A DNA stretch of 64,000 nt from positions 13,609 through 77,608 of the forward strand of contig DAHUXH010000001.1 in the NCBI GenBank assembly GCA_027307235.1, read 5' to 3'. Every line of letters starts with the position of its first letter. Position 1 is the stretch's first letter. The translations under genes and the position numbers were made by a program. A model generated the notes under the pieces. It was not told the origin of the DNA. It ran no database searches and was given only the letters and a program-made list of their open reading frames with translations. Positions 51,451-62,734 of the stretch are shown piece after piece. Source of the DNA: Vulcanimicrobiota bacterium. GTDB taxonomy: Bacteria > Vulcanimicrobiota > Vulcanimicrobiia > Vulcanimicrobiales > Vulcanimicrobiaceae.

Positions 51451-52671
51451 CTAATGCGTGTGGGTGAAGTTGCCGACGGCGACTTGATGCGCGCGAATGG
51501 CGTCGATCGCGGCGCGCATGCCGAGCGGGTTGTTGGGGCGTCCGACCAGATCGAAATAGACGTGCGGATCGATGTTCAGCGTACGCGTCTGCACCATCGT
51601 CACCGGCACCTCGTGCAAGAACGTTTGCATCGCACGAATCTCATCTTCGTCGTCGGTGACGCCGGGATGGGCGAGCAGATTCAGGCTCACCCGCAGGCCG
51701 TGCCGCACGGCAAGTGCGATCGAGGCCAGCACGTTGTCCAACGAGTACATCATCGGACGGTAGTATGCCGCGTACACGTCGTGGCGAAACGAGTTGAGAC
51801 TGATGCGCACCGCTTGCAACCCCGCGTCGATACAACGCTTCAGTTCGTTGGTCATGCTGCCGTTGGTATTGAGATTGATCGTTCCGTTGGAGCTCCGCTC
51901 CCTAATCTTCTCGATCGCGCGTGCGATTGTGATGCCGCGCAGCAGCGGCTCGCCTTCGCATCCTTGCCCGAACGAGACGATCCCGTCCTCGACGCGCTCC
52001 AGATGATGCACGGCGATGCGCGCGAGTTCACCGGCGGTGGTTTCATAGGCGATGCGCGTCTGCGGCGACGGAATACCAGCGTCTTGCCCGAGTTCGCTGA
52101 TGCAGCCGACGCAGCGCGCGTTGCATTTCGGCGAGACCGGCAACGCCGCTTCACCGCGTTCGAGAAACACATTTTGTGCGGTGAAGCACCCGTAATCGCG
52201 CGAGCAGAGCGCCACCTGGCGCAGCACGCGGTTCTCGGGATCGCCTGCCAGCCGCGCATCGAGGATCCGTTCGAGTTCTCCGTCGCCGAAATAGCGCGGC
52301 GTCCAGTCTTCGCTCTCGTCGGTGCGCATCGCGGCGACGTGGAGTTCGTCGTCGACGACGCACGCGAACGTGTAGCCGAACAGCGGCAGCGCGGGCGCGC
52401 CGGCCCGCGTTTCCAGCGCGGGCACCGTCAAGCGTGTGTAGCCTGCGGGGAGTATCGCAGCGAGCGCTGTGCGCCGCTTCTCGATGCCACGCGTCGAGCG
52501 CGGGCTACGCCCCGGCAGCATGGTGGAGACCGTTCCGGGCGGTGCGGGAATCAATTCTTCGGCCCGTGGTTCACGCACGACACCGCCGTCGGCGAGCGGC
52601 ATGCGCGTGCCGTCGAAGAAGATGCGCCCGCGCGCGTCGCAATAGGCGAGCCCAACGGCGCGAGCGGACAT
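51451..52671 (-). CDS. Radical SAM protein with about 190-aa N-terminal extension, unknown substrate
   Basis: ORF 51451..52710 has a TTG start that overlaps dapF by 35 nt. I prefer ATG 52671 (MSARAVGLAYCD). CNARCVGC (CxxxCxxC) lies about aa 190-200 of the trimmed protein, followed by GEPLL and NTNGS motifs. Confidence 0.75.
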   Translation of the reverse strand: MSARAVGLAYCDARGRIFFDGTRMPLADGGVVREPRAEELIPAPPGTVSTMLPGRSPRSTRGIEKRRTALAAILPAGYTRLTVPALETRAGAPALPLFGYTFACVVDDELHVAAMRTDESEDWTPRYFGDGELERILDARLAGDPENRVLRQVALCSRDYGCFTAQNVFLERGEAALPVSPKCNARCVGCISELGQDAGIPSPQTRIAYETTAGELARIAVHHLERVEDGIVSFGQGCEGEPLLRGITIARAIEKIRERSSNGTINLNTNGSMTNELKRCIDAGLQAVRISLNSFRHDVYAAYYRPMMYSLDNVLASIALAVRHGLRVSLNLLAHPGVTDDEDEIRAMQTFLHEVPVTMVQTRTLNIDPHVYFDLVGRPNNPLGMRAAIDAIRAHQVAVGNFTHTH

Positions 52672-52675
52672 CGAG

Positions 52676-53518
<843 letters not shown>

Positions 53519-53525
53519 GGCGGGA

Positions 53526-54425
53526 TTACGAGCGCTTCGACGACCAGAGCCGCTCGGCCTCGGCCGGCAGTTCCGACGGCGTCACCCAGCGCACAGCCGG
53601 CTCGCCGCGAAACCAGCTGCGCTGGCGGCGTGCGTACTGCCGCGTCGCACGAACCAACGACGCTCGCATTTCCCGATCCGTCAGCCATCCGCGCAGGTAG
53701 CCCAACGCCTGCGGATACCCGACGGCGCTGGCCGCAACGGCGTCCGGGCCGATGCGCTCGGCTTCTTCCGTGAGCCCGCTCGCGAGCATCGCATCAACGC
53801 GCACCACGATGCGCCGGTCGAGTTCCTCGACCGGCACGTCGAGCGCGAGTTTCACGAACGGATACCCGGCCGACGCGAGCGTGCGCAGCGGTGCGGTGCG
53901 CGCTCGCGACGCATCGGGGGCAAGCGCCACTTCGAGCGCGCGCAGCACGCGATACGTGTCGCCGGGGTGCAGCATCGTGGCGCGACGCGCATCGCGTGTT
54001 CGCAACCAGGTGAAGAGAAATTCGCCGTCGTGCGCGCGAGCCTCGCGCGCCAATCGTTCACGAAGGTGTTCGTCGTATTCCGGCGCGAGGCTCACCGCAC
54101 CGGTCAGCGCGCGAATGTAAAATCCCGTTCCGCCCACGACGATGACACGCTTGCCGCGAGCGACGATGTCGTCGATGGCTCGCATCGCGTCCTGCGTGAA
54201 GCGCGCCGCCGAGTAGCGTTCGTGCGGATCGAGGAAGTCCACGAGATGGTGCGGCACGGCCAAGAGTTGTTCCGGCGCCGGAGCCGCCGTTCCGACCGGC
54301 ATCCCGCGATAGATTTGACGCGAATCCGCCCCGACGATCTCCGCGCCGAACGCCCGTGCCACCTCAACGGCGAGCTGGGATTTTCCGCTCGCGGTCGGCC
54401 CGCAGAGAACGAGGATCGGTTCCAC
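53526..54425 (-). CDS. miaA: tRNA dimethylallyltransferase
   Basis: 299 aa. ILVLCGPTASGKS (P-loop), VGADSRQIYRGMPVGTAAP, PHHLVDFLDP. Confidence 0.92.
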   Translation of the reverse strand: MEPILVLCGPTASGKSQLAVEVARAFGAEIVGADSRQIYRGMPVGTAAPAPEQLLAVPHHLVDFLDPHERYSAARFTQDAMRAIDDIVARGKRVIVVGGTGFYIRALTGAVSLAPEYDEHLRERLAREARAHDGEFLFTWLRTRDARRATMLHPGDTYRVLRALEVALAPDASRARTAPLRTLASAGYPFVKLALDVPVEELDRRIVVRVDAMLASGLTEEAERIGPDAVAASAVGYPQALGYLRGWLTDREMRASLVRATRQYARRQRSWFRGEPAVRWVTPSELPAEAERLWSSKRS

Positions 54426-56131
54426 TACATTCGCTTGAACATGCGCGCGACGTCGTCGGGGCTCAAACGAACGATCGTCGGACGGCCGTGCGGACAGTGC
54501 ATCGGATTCTCGCAGAGCAGCAGCCGATCGATCAACGCGGTCATCTCGGCCGATTCCAGCGTCTCGCCCGCGACCGTGACCGAGTGACAGGCGAGCGAGG
54601 CCCAGACGCGCTCCTCCACGTTGCGCTGCTTGCCGTCCTCGATCAGATCGTCGAGAAAGCCGTCAACGTCGAAGCCGCGCGCGCGGTATCCCGCCGGAGT
54701 CGCGGTGATGCGATAGGTGCGCTCGCCGAAGGCTTCGATCTCCAGGCCGCCGTCGCGTAAGGACGGGATCGCGGTATCCAGAACGGCGCTGCGCGCCGCA
54801 TCGAGTTCGACGATCTGCGCCACCAGCAGCGGTTCGCTCGGCGCCGGCTTGCGCGCGCCTTCCAGAATGGCTTCATACGCGATGCGCTCGTGCGCCGCAT
54901 GCTGATCGACCAGCACCAATGCGCTGCCGTCGGTCGCGAGCACGAAGGTACGATTGAGTTGCGCGAGGACGCGCAGACCGCTCGACGACGGCGCGCCGTT
55001 TGCGGCCGGCGCGGATGCCGGCATCTCGAACAGCGCTTGTATCCGCGGCGCCAACTCGTCCATCGCCGCGGGCGCGAGCGAGACGCTGATCGCGTCACCA
55101 AGACGTTGCCGTGCCTGCGCGCGCAGCGTCGCCGAGATCGCGCGACGGGTGGTGTCAAAGGCCTGTTCGGCAAAGCGCAAACGCACCTCGCTCTTGGTGG
55201 GATGGACGTTGGGATCGACGTGATCGGCCGGCACGTCGAGAAACAGCACGCCGTACGGATGCCGGCCGACCATTGTGAACGTGGCATACCCCGACGTCCA
55301 CGCTCCGGCGAGCAGCGAGGTGCGCAACAGCCGGCCGTTGACAAAGAGTATTTGCATGCGCCGATCGGCGCGATCGTTCCCCGGCGTGCTGATGAACCCG
55401 CGCAACTGGCCGGTGAGCGACGTGGTCGCCGCGCCGTCGAGCGCGATCATCGACTCGGACGCGGCCTTTCCGAATACGGCCGTTAGCCGCGCGCGTGAGT
55501 CATCGCTGGGCGGTAGCGTCCAAACCTCCTTACCGTCATGTCGCAACACGAACGCGATGCGCGGATACGCAAGCGCGAATTGCGTGAGCCAGCCCGAGAT
55601 GCGATTGAACTCCGCGCTCGGCGAGCGTAGATAGTCACGGCGCACCGGAACGTTCTCGAAGAGCGCGCGGGCGCGCACCGTCGTTCCGAGCGGCGAAGCC
55701 GCCGGCTCGATCGCACCCGTCTCCTCGGCATGCGACTCGACGCGAGCCCCGATCTGCGATGTGCGCGTGCGTGAGATGAGTTCCACGCGCGCGACCGCCG
55801 CTATGCTGGCAAGACCTTCACCGCGAAATCCGAGCGAGCCGATCTGCGTCAATTCGTGGGCGTGACGCAGTTTGCTGGTGGCATGGCGCCGCACCGCGAG
55901 CGCCAACTGATCGGCAGCGATTCCCACGCCGTCGTCGCTTACTTCGACCTGTTCGATGCCGCCGCGTTCGAGACTGACAACGATGCGCGTCGCACCCGCG
56001 TCAACCGCGTTCTCGACGAGTTCCTTGACGACCGAGAGCGGCCGCTCGATGACCTCTCCAGCCGCGATCTGACCGATCGTCACCGCATCGAGCAGTTGAA
56101 TGTCCGCCATGCGTTCGGCCTTTCCGTTCAC
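54425..56131 (-). CDS. mutL: DNA mismatch repair protein MutL
   Basis: 568 aa (GTG 56131 overlaps the mutS stop; alternative ATG 56110). IAAGEVIERPLSVVKELVENAVDAGA, DDGVGI, GFRGEGLASI. C-terminal dimerisation domain with CPHGRPT. Confidence 0.92.
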   Translation of the reverse strand: MNGKAERMADIQLLDAVTIGQIAAGEVIERPLSVVKELVENAVDAGATRIVVSLERGGIEQVEVSDDGVGIAADQLALAVRRHATSKLRHAHELTQIGSLGFRGEGLASIAAVARVELISRTRTSQIGARVESHAEETGAIEPAASPLGTTVRARALFENVPVRRDYLRSPSAEFNRISGWLTQFALAYPRIAFVLRHDGKEVWTLPPSDDSRARLTAVFGKAASESMIALDGAATTSLTGQLRGFISTPGNDRADRRMQILFVNGRLLRTSLLAGAWTSGYATFTMVGRHPYGVLFLDVPADHVDPNVHPTKSEVRLRFAEQAFDTTRRAISATLRAQARQRLGDAISVSLAPAAMDELAPRIQALFEMPASAPAANGAPSSSGLRVLAQLNRTFVLATDGSALVLVDQHAAHERIAYEAILEGARKPAPSEPLLVAQIVELDAARSAVLDTAIPSLRDGGLEIEAFGERTYRITATPAGYRARGFDVDGFLDDLIEDGKQRNVEERVWASLACHSVTVAGETLESAEMTALIDRLLLCENPMHCPHGRPTIVRLSPDDVARMFKRM

Positions 56132-58650
56132 TCAAAGCGGAGCAGCGAAAGCTGCTGCTCGCGCGTCAACGGACGCAGATCCCGCTTACGCAGCGGCAGA
56201 TTCGCTTCGACGTCGGCGTTGCCGGAGAGCATCTCGGCGATCTCCTGGGCGCGCTCGACCACGGCGTTCGGCAAGCCCGCCATGCGTGCCACTTCGATGC
56301 CGAACGACCGCGACGAACTGCCGGGCTGCACGCGGTGCGAGAACACGGGCGCGCCGCCGCGCGCGGTATTTTCCACAGCGGTGATGTGGTAATTCGCGAC
56401 CAATTTCCAGTGATCGGCAAGCGCGCACAGTTCGTGGAAGTGCGTCGCGAACAAGACCATCGGCGCTTGCGCTTGGGAACCGAGCAGATATTCGCAGATC
56501 GCCTGCGCGATCGAGAGGCCGTCGATCGTCCCGGTGCCGCGCCCGACTTCGTCGATCAGCAGCAGCGAATGGCGGGTGCAGCGGCGCAGAATAGTGGCGG
56601 CTTCGGCCATCTCCAAATAAAACGTCGATTGCCCCGACGCGAGATCGTCGCCCGCGCCGATGCGCGTGAACATGCGATCGACCACGCCCAGGCGCATCGA
56701 CGCAGCCGGCACGAACGAGCCGATCTGCGCCATGATCACGAGCAGTCCGGTCTGGCGCAGGTAGGTCGACTTGCCGCCCATGTTGGGTCCGGTCAACAAG
56801 ATGAAGCGGTGTTCGCTCGCCCGCAGCGCGAGATCGTTGGGGACGAAATGCGTGAGCAGCACGGCCTCCATCACCGGATGACGGCCGTCCACGATCTCAA
56901 GCACGCTCTCCGCTTCGAAGTCGGGGCGCACGTAGCCGCGCTCGGCCGCGCACTGCGCGAGCGATGCGAGCACGTCGATCTGCGCGACGGCGTCGGCCGC
57001 CTGCAGCAGATCGTCGGCGCGCGCCGCGATGCGATCGACCAACTCGGCGTAGAACTGCTCTTCAAGCCGCAACTGACGCGACTGCGCGGTCGCGATCGCC
57101 GCTTCGAGTTCTTTGAGTTCGGGTGTGATGTAACGTTCGCCGGTCGTCAGCGTCTGCTTGCGCACGTAGTCGGCAGGCACCTGATCGACTGATGACTTGG
57201 AGACTTCGATCGCATAGCCGAACGTCGAGACGTACTTGACCTTCAACGTCTTGATGCCGGTACGCAGGCGCTCGCGCTCCTCCAATTCCGCCAGCTTCCC
57301 GCGCGCGTCGGTGCGCAGGGCGACGCACTCGCGCAATTCCTCGCTCGCATCCGGCCGAATGACACCGCCGTCCGCCAGATTCGCTGGCGGTTCATCGACG
57401 AGCGTGCGTTGCAGGTCGGCCGTCATCTCCGAGAAATCGGCGATCCGTTCGACCAGCACCGCGAGCACCGGCGGCGCCGCCGCGGCGAGCGGCCGCAGTG
57501 CATCGAGCGTCCGGCGCAGCGACGCGAGGTCACGCGGCATCGCGCGCCGGTAGCGCACCTTCTGCGCGATGCGTTCGAGATCGAAGCATCCGCGCAAGGT
57601 CGTCTGCACGGCGTCGCGGCGCACGTGATCGGCGACCAGCGCCGCGACGCACGCTTGCCGCTCGCCGATGGCCTGCGCATCGACCAGCGGCGCCAACAGC
57701 CAGCGCCCGAGCATGCGTGAGCCCATCGAGGTCGCGCAGCGATCCAGGGTGTCGAGCAGCGTCGCGCGCGCATTCGCGCCCAAGGCTTTGGTCAATTCCA
57801 AATGCTTGCGGGTCGCCGGATCGAGCGCGAGAAATGCCTGATGACGATAGACCTGCGGCGCTCGAAGCGCAACGTCGTCGCCGACCGGGCGCAGCATCCC
57901 GTCAGTCATGCGCAAACCGGTCGTCACGCCGGTGCGCTTCACGAATGCCGCGAGTGCGTCGAGCGCGCGGTGCATGGCGAGCGATTCGTCGAGCGAGAAG
58001 CCGTCGACGATGCGCCGTTCGCGCGCATCGACGAGCGAAATCGCGGGCGGCGTCACGCGCGCTCCAAGGCTCTCGATCTGCGGCGCCATCGTCGCGCGAA
58101 TCTCCGCCGGAAGGTCGGCGACCACCTCAGCCGGACCGATGCGCCCGAGTTCGGTCAGCGTGTCGTCGTACGCGCTCTCGCCGGAGATCGCCGTCGCGGC
58201 GCAGTAGCCGGTCGAGACGTCCGCATAGGCAAGCGCGAAGACGTCACCGTTGGCACTGAGCGCCGCCAAATAGTTGTTCTGACGTCCGTCGAGCAGTTGT
58301 TCTTCGAGCAGCGTGCCCGGCGTGATCAGGCGCACGACGTCGCGCCGCACGAGCTTGTTGGCCTGCGGCGCTTCGAGTTGCTCGGCTAGGGCCACCACGT
58401 AGCGCGCTTGCACCAACCGCGCAAGGTACTGCGCCAGCGCATGGTGCGGAACTCCGGCCATCGCGACGCGTTTGCCGCCCCCGGCCTCTTTGCTGGTCAA
58501 CGCGATCTGCAAGGCGCGCGAGATCGTCTCAGCATCCTCACCGTAGGCTTCGTAGAAATCGCCGACACGCGAGAGCAAGATCGCTTCGGGATGCCGCTGC
58601 TTCATACCGAAGTACTGCTCGAGCATCGGCGAATACTTGGGCTCGCTCAT
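56128..58650 (-). CDS. mutS: DNA mismatch repair protein MutS
   Basis: 840 aa. YSPMLEQYFGMKQRHPEAILLSRVGDFYE, GPNMGGKSTYLRQ (Walker A), LLLIDEVGRGT, ATHFHEL. Confidence 0.95.
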   Translation of the reverse strand: MSEPKYSPMLEQYFGMKQRHPEAILLSRVGDFYEAYGEDAETISRALQIALTSKEAGGGKRVAMAGVPHHALAQYLARLVQARYVVALAEQLEAPQANKLVRRDVVRLITPGTLLEEQLLDGRQNNYLAALSANGDVFALAYADVSTGYCAATAISGESAYDDTLTELGRIGPAEVVADLPAEIRATMAPQIESLGARVTPPAISLVDARERRIVDGFSLDESLAMHRALDALAAFVKRTGVTTGLRMTDGMLRPVGDDVALRAPQVYRHQAFLALDPATRKHLELTKALGANARATLLDTLDRCATSMGSRMLGRWLLAPLVDAQAIGERQACVAALVADHVRRDAVQTTLRGCFDLERIAQKVRYRRAMPRDLASLRRTLDALRPLAAAAPPVLAVLVERIADFSEMTADLQRTLVDEPPANLADGGVIRPDASEELRECVALRTDARGKLAELEERERLRTGIKTLKVKYVSTFGYAIEVSKSSVDQVPADYVRKQTLTTGERYITPELKELEAAIATAQSRQLRLEEQFYAELVDRIAARADDLLQAADAVAQIDVLASLAQCAAERGYVRPDFEAESVLEIVDGRHPVMEAVLLTHFVPNDLALRASEHRFILLTGPNMGGKSTYLRQTGLLVIMAQIGSFVPAASMRLGVVDRMFTRIGAGDDLASGQSTFYLEMAEAATILRRCTRHSLLLIDEVGRGTGTIDGLSIAQAICEYLLGSQAQAPMVLFATHFHELCALADHWKLVANYHITAVENTARGGAPVFSHRVQPGSSSRSFGIEVARMAGLPNAVVERAQEIAEMLSGNADVEANLPLRKRDLRPLTREQQLSLLRFE

Positions 58651-58653
58651 CGG

Positions 58654-60057
58654 TTACGTCGCGATCAAATCGATGAGCGGCGCGGCCACCGCAGCGCCGG
58701 GCTCACCGGCATGCGCCGCGCGGCGCACGATCGTTCCGGTGCAGCCCCACACGTGCGCGGTCTCGATGCGCACGTCGAGCCACGGCTCGCGCGCATACAG
58801 CGCTTCGTCATAATCCGGCGGCATCGGCGCGATCGCGGTCACGTTGTCGCTGGTCTTGGTCGTCAGTTTGGTCGCGTCTTTTTTCGATGGTCCGACGACG
58901 AGCGCGCGCACCGTCGAGCCGATCTTTCGATCGTGATAGGCGCGCGTCACCGTGTTCTGCGCATCGTATAAGCGCGCGTACCGCGCTTTCTTGACGATTT
59001 CATCCACCTGTTCCCAGCGCGCGGCCGGCGTTCCGCGCCGGATCGAGTACATGAACGTGAAGGCGTTGGCAAAGACGCCGCTCCTCACCAGACCCATCGT
59101 GGCTTCGAAATCGTCGTCGGTCTCGCCGGGGAAGCCGACGATGATGTCGGTCGTGATCGCCCAGTCCGGCAGATGACGATGAAAGAGCGCCACTTTTTCG
59201 TCGAACTGCGCGCGCGTGTACTTGCGATTCATCCGGCGCAACATCGCATCGCTCCCCGATTGCAGCGGCAGGTGAACGCGCGGATTCAAAGCCGGCAGCG
59301 CGGCGAAATCGGCAATCATCTTCTCGGTGAAATCTTTGGGGTGCGGCGAGATGAACGTCAAGCGTTCGAGGCCGTCGAGCGCAGCCACCTCGCGGCACAG
59401 ATCGCCGAAATCCGCTCCGCTGATCGGATCGCGCCAGGCGTTGACGGTCTGACCGACCAGCATCACCTCGCGCGCTCCGCTCGCGAGCTTCTCGCGCACC
59501 TCTTCGACAATCTCGCGTGCTGGCCGGTGATCGAACCGCCCGCGCACGTGCGGCACGATGCAAAACGTGCAGTAATACGAACAGCCGCGCTGCACCGTGA
59601 CGAAGGCACGCAGATGCGAGAATGCATCGGTCACGGCATCGGCCGCACCGCCGAGCGGGAGCAGCAGCGCCCGCTCCTGAGTGAACTCGGTGTCCTCAAA
59701 GTCCTCGCGCCACGACGTCAGCGTGTCGCCGAGTTGCACGAGTTCGCTCGTGCCGAAGACGGCGTCGACGTGCGGCGCGAGCTTCTGCATGCGGTCGCGG
59801 TCCTGCTCGGCCAGACATCCAGTCACCACCAAGCGCACCCCGGGATCGGCTTCCTTGAGGACGTTGAAGTGGTTGATGCGCCCGTACGCGCGCCGCTCCG
59901 CGTTGTCGCGCACGGTGCAGGTGTTGACCACCAGGACATTGGCGTCTTCGGGACGGGTCGCGATCGAATACCCGGCAGCGGTCGCGCGATCCGCCACATA
60001 CTGCGAATCCGCCTCGTTCATCTGACAGCCGAAGGTTTCGATATACACGCTAGCCAT
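58654..60057 (-). CDS. miaB: tRNA-2-methylthio-N6-dimethylallyladenosine synthase
   Basis: Start set at ATG 60057 (MASVYIETFGCQMNEADS). Radical-SAM cluster CSYYCTFC and a TRAM domain at the C-terminus. Confidence 0.9.
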   Translation of the reverse strand: MASVYIETFGCQMNEADSQYVADRATAAGYSIATRPEDANVLVVNTCTVRDNAERRAYGRINHFNVLKEADPGVRLVVTGCLAEQDRDRMQKLAPHVDAVFGTSELVQLGDTLTSWREDFEDTEFTQERALLLPLGGAADAVTDAFSHLRAFVTVQRGCSYYCTFCIVPHVRGRFDHRPAREIVEEVREKLASGAREVMLVGQTVNAWRDPISGADFGDLCREVAALDGLERLTFISPHPKDFTEKMIADFAALPALNPRVHLPLQSGSDAMLRRMNRKYTRAQFDEKVALFHRHLPDWAITTDIIVGFPGETDDDFEATMGLVRSGVFANAFTFMYSIRRGTPAARWEQVDEIVKKARYARLYDAQNTVTRAYHDRKIGSTVRALVVGPSKKDATKLTTKTSDNVTAIAPMPPDYDEALYAREPWLDVRIETAHVWGCTGTIVRRAAHAGEPGAAVAAPLIDLIAT

Positions 60058-60172
60058 GGAGCAAGCCCTCACGTTCGCCACCGCCGCGCTCTCTCACCCT
60101 TCCCAACAAAAAGCGGCGCCGCAGCGGGCGGCGGGCGGGGTCGCGAGCCGTGACGGCTAACAAGGGGGCCCG

Positions 60173-61561
60173 GTGGATACGGAGTTTTCGGCCGAATCTG
60201 GCCTCGGCATGCTGCGACCGGCAACCGTGGCGATCGTCGGCCGCCCCAACGTCGGCAAGAGCGCGCTGTTCAATCGATTGATCGGGCGGCGGCTGGCTAT
60301 CGTCGAGGATACCCCCGGCGTGACGCGTGACCGGCTCTATGCCGTCTGCGAATGGCAGCGCCGCACGTTCAGCGTCGTCGACACGGCGGGCATCGATCCA
60401 GCCGCCGACGTCGCGCACGGCGAGCAGTTCGCCGAAGCGACCCGGCGCCAAGCCGAGGCGGCCGCGCAGGAAGCCGACCTGCTCATCTTCGTGGTCGATG
60501 CCCAAGAGGGACTCCACCCGCTCGACCTGGAGGTCGCGCAGATTCTGCGCAAGACGCGCCGGCCGATCGTTCTCGTCGCCAACAAGGGCGAATCGCAGAC
60601 GGCGGCGTCGAGCGCCTACGGCGAGTTCTCGCGCATCGGATTCGGCGAACCGTTCATCGTTTCGGCGATCCACGGCGAAGGGACGGGCGACTTGCTCGAC
60701 CGCATCGTCGAGCTGCTTCCGCCCGAAGGCGCGGGTCCGCCGACCGACGGCGAACTCTCCCTGGCCATCATCGGGCGCCCCAACGTGGGCAAGAGTTCGA
60801 TTCTCAATGCGCTCATCGGCGAAGAGCGCGTCATCGTCTCCGACGTTCCGGGCACGACCCGCGATGCGATCGATTCCGTCTTCACCTGGCACGACGGCCG
60901 CTACCGTTTGATCGATACCGCCGGCGTGCGCAAGAAACCCGAAGCGCACGGCGCCATCGAATACTACGCCGCGCTGCGCAGCCTCAACGCGATCGCGCGC
61001 TGCGACATCGCGCTGCTGGTCTTCGATTCTATGGTCGGCTTGACGCAGCAGGACCGGCGCCTGGCGGGCATCGTGCTCGAAGAACGCAAAGGCCTGATCA
61101 TCGTCGGCAACAAGTGGGACCTGGCACGCGAGCAGGGCGAGTACAACCAAGGTGAATTGATCAACGTGATCCACGAACAGGTGCCGTTCGCGCGGTTCGC
61201 GCCGGTGACGTTCCTCTCGGCCAAGACCCACCGGCGTCTAGGCAGCCTGATGCCGATGGTGGCGCACGTCGCCGAAAACCTCGACCGTCGCATTCCCACC
61301 GCGCAGCTCAATGCGATCGTTCGCGATGCGACGCTCGCGCATCCGGCACCCGCAGCCGGCGGCAAGCTCTTCAAGATCTACTACTGCTCGCAGCCGGCCA
61401 CGCATCCGCCGCTCTTCATCTTCCACTGCAACGACCCCGAACTCGTGCAATCGTCGTACAAACGGTTCTTGGAGAACATCTTGCGCGAGCACTTCGATTT
61501 CGAGGGCGTTCCGCTCACACTCGAATTCCGGCCGCGTCGCGACAACGAGGATCGCTCATGA
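60173..61561 (+). CDS. der: Ribosome-associated GTPase Der/EngA (double GTPase)
   Basis: 462 aa, GTG start. Two G domains (GRPNVGKSALFN...DTAG; GRPNVGKSSILN...DTAG..NKWD) plus a KH-like C-terminus. Confidence 0.93.
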   Translation: MDTEFSAESGLGMLRPATVAIVGRPNVGKSALFNRLIGRRLAIVEDTPGVTRDRLYAVCEWQRRTFSVVDTAGIDPAADVAHGEQFAEATRRQAEAAAQEADLLIFVVDAQEGLHPLDLEVAQILRKTRRPIVLVANKGESQTAASSAYGEFSRIGFGEPFIVSAIHGEGTGDLLDRIVELLPPEGAGPPTDGELSLAIIGRPNVGKSSILNALIGEERVIVSDVPGTTRDAIDSVFTWHDGRYRLIDTAGVRKKPEAHGAIEYYAALRSLNAIARCDIALLVFDSMVGLTQQDRRLAGIVLEERKGLIIVGNKWDLAREQGEYNQGELINVIHEQVPFARFAPVTFLSAKTHRRLGSLMPMVAHVAENLDRRIPTAQLNAIVRDATLAHPAPAAGGKLFKIYYCSQPATHPPLFIFHCNDPELVQSSYKRFLENILREHFDFEGVPLTLEFRPRRDNEDRS

Positions 61562-62235
61562 TTACGCCCACCGATCACTCGTTCGTGCTCAGGAATCCGG
61601 TGGTGCCGGTGGTCTGGTTCATCGCCTCGTTCCTCGTGGGTTCGATCCCGTTCGGGTATCTCGTCGGGCGCTTCGTCTACCGCACCGACATTCGCAAGGC
61701 GGGCAGCGGCAACATCGGCGCGATGAACGCGCTGCGCACGCTGGGGAAATCCGGCGCGGTGGTCGTGTTGCTGCTCGACGCGCTCAAAGGCTTCGTGCCG
61801 GTCTGGTACGTGCAGCATCTGCTGACGCTCCATCTGCCGAGCGGCGTCATGCTCTCACCTGCGGCGGCGATCGTCGTGGCCGGCGTCGCCACATGCGCGG
61901 TCGTCGCCCATTGCTTTTCGCCGTGGCTGCGCTTTCGCGGCGGAAAAGGCGTCGCCACGTCGTTCGGCGTGATCTTCGCACTCAGTTGGCCGGCGGGATG
62001 CGTCGTGATCGGCGCATGGCTGCTCGGCGCGCTCGTCACGCGCTACTCGTCGGTCGGCTCGATGCTCGCGCACGTGGTGGCTCCGTTCGCGATCGGGGCG
62101 TTCACCCATCAGCCGGCGTTCGTTTGCTACACGGTGCTCGCGATGCTGCTCATCATGCTGCGTCACCGGGAGAACATCGCGCGCTTGCGAGCCGGGAGCG
62201 AGAACCGGATCCGCCTCACTCGCGAGCGCACGTAA
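61558..62235 (+). CDS. plsY: Glycerol-3-phosphate acyltransferase PlsY
   Basis: 225 aa. GSIPFGYLVGR....DIRK.GSGNIGAMNALR..G...........DALKG and FRGGKGVAT. Confidence 0.9.
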   Translation: MITPTDHSFVLRNPVVPVVWFIASFLVGSIPFGYLVGRFVYRTDIRKAGSGNIGAMNALRTLGKSGAVVVLLLDALKGFVPVWYVQHLLTLHLPSGVMLSPAAAIVVAGVATCAVVAHCFSPWLRFRGGKGVATSFGVIFALSWPAGCVVIGAWLLGALVTRYSSVGSMLAHVVAPFAIGAFTHQPAFVCYTVLAMLLIMLRHRENIARLRAGSENRIRLTRERT

Positions 62236-62241
62236 GCCTGT

Positions 62242-62276
62242 CTTGTCGCAAACCTTACGCGAGGTTTGGCGACAAG
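62242..62276 (+). terminator. Strong hairpin immediately after the plsY stop
   Basis: CTTGTCGCAAACCT-tacgcg-AGGTTTGgCGACAAG: a 14-bp stem with one bulged G and no clear T-tract. It covers the TTG 62243 start proposed by the ORF track. Confidence 0.35.
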
Positions 62277-62302
62277 GGACCAGGGGTACCGTTACAGTGA
62301 CC

Positions 62303-62689
62303 ATGATGAGCGAGCGACGGGCGGGGCTTGAGGATTTTACCGACGCCCCGCTTCTCTTGGACGATCTGTACGACATCTTCGGCGAGAACGCCGAGGCGAT
62401 GATGACCTTCCTGCGCGACGAGTCGATACCGTCGATTGAATCGGGTCTGCTCTCGCTTGCCGCCGCGATCGCCGATGAAAACGGCGAGCAAGCGATTCTC
62501 GATGCCCATCGCCTGCGCGGCAGCTCGGCGATGATCGGCGCGCTCAACATCAGCGCCGCCCTGGGCGAGATAGAAGACGACCTTCGTCGCAGCGACTGGC
62601 AACATGTTCCCGAGCGCTTCGTCATCGCCACCGCCCACCTGCAGCGGGTCGCGGTCTGGCTCGCGGAACGAAACCGCTCGGTCGCCTAG
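62303..62689 (+). CDS. Stand-alone HPt (histidine phosphotransfer) domain protein
   Basis: ORF 62243..62689. I prefer ATGATG 62303 because the TTG start lies inside the hairpin. DAHRLRGSSAMIGAL matches the HPt HxxKG-type phospho-His helix. Confidence 0.6.
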   Translation: MMSERRAGLEDFTDAPLLLDDLYDIFGENAEAMMTFLRDESIPSIESGLLSLAAAIADENGEQAILDAHRLRGSSAMIGALNISAALGEIEDDLRRSDWQHVPERFVIATAHLQRVAVWLAERNRSVA

Positions 62690-62734
62690 CTCCGACCAGG
62701 GCTCTCCGACCTGCCCTTCGTATTGGGCACGGTC

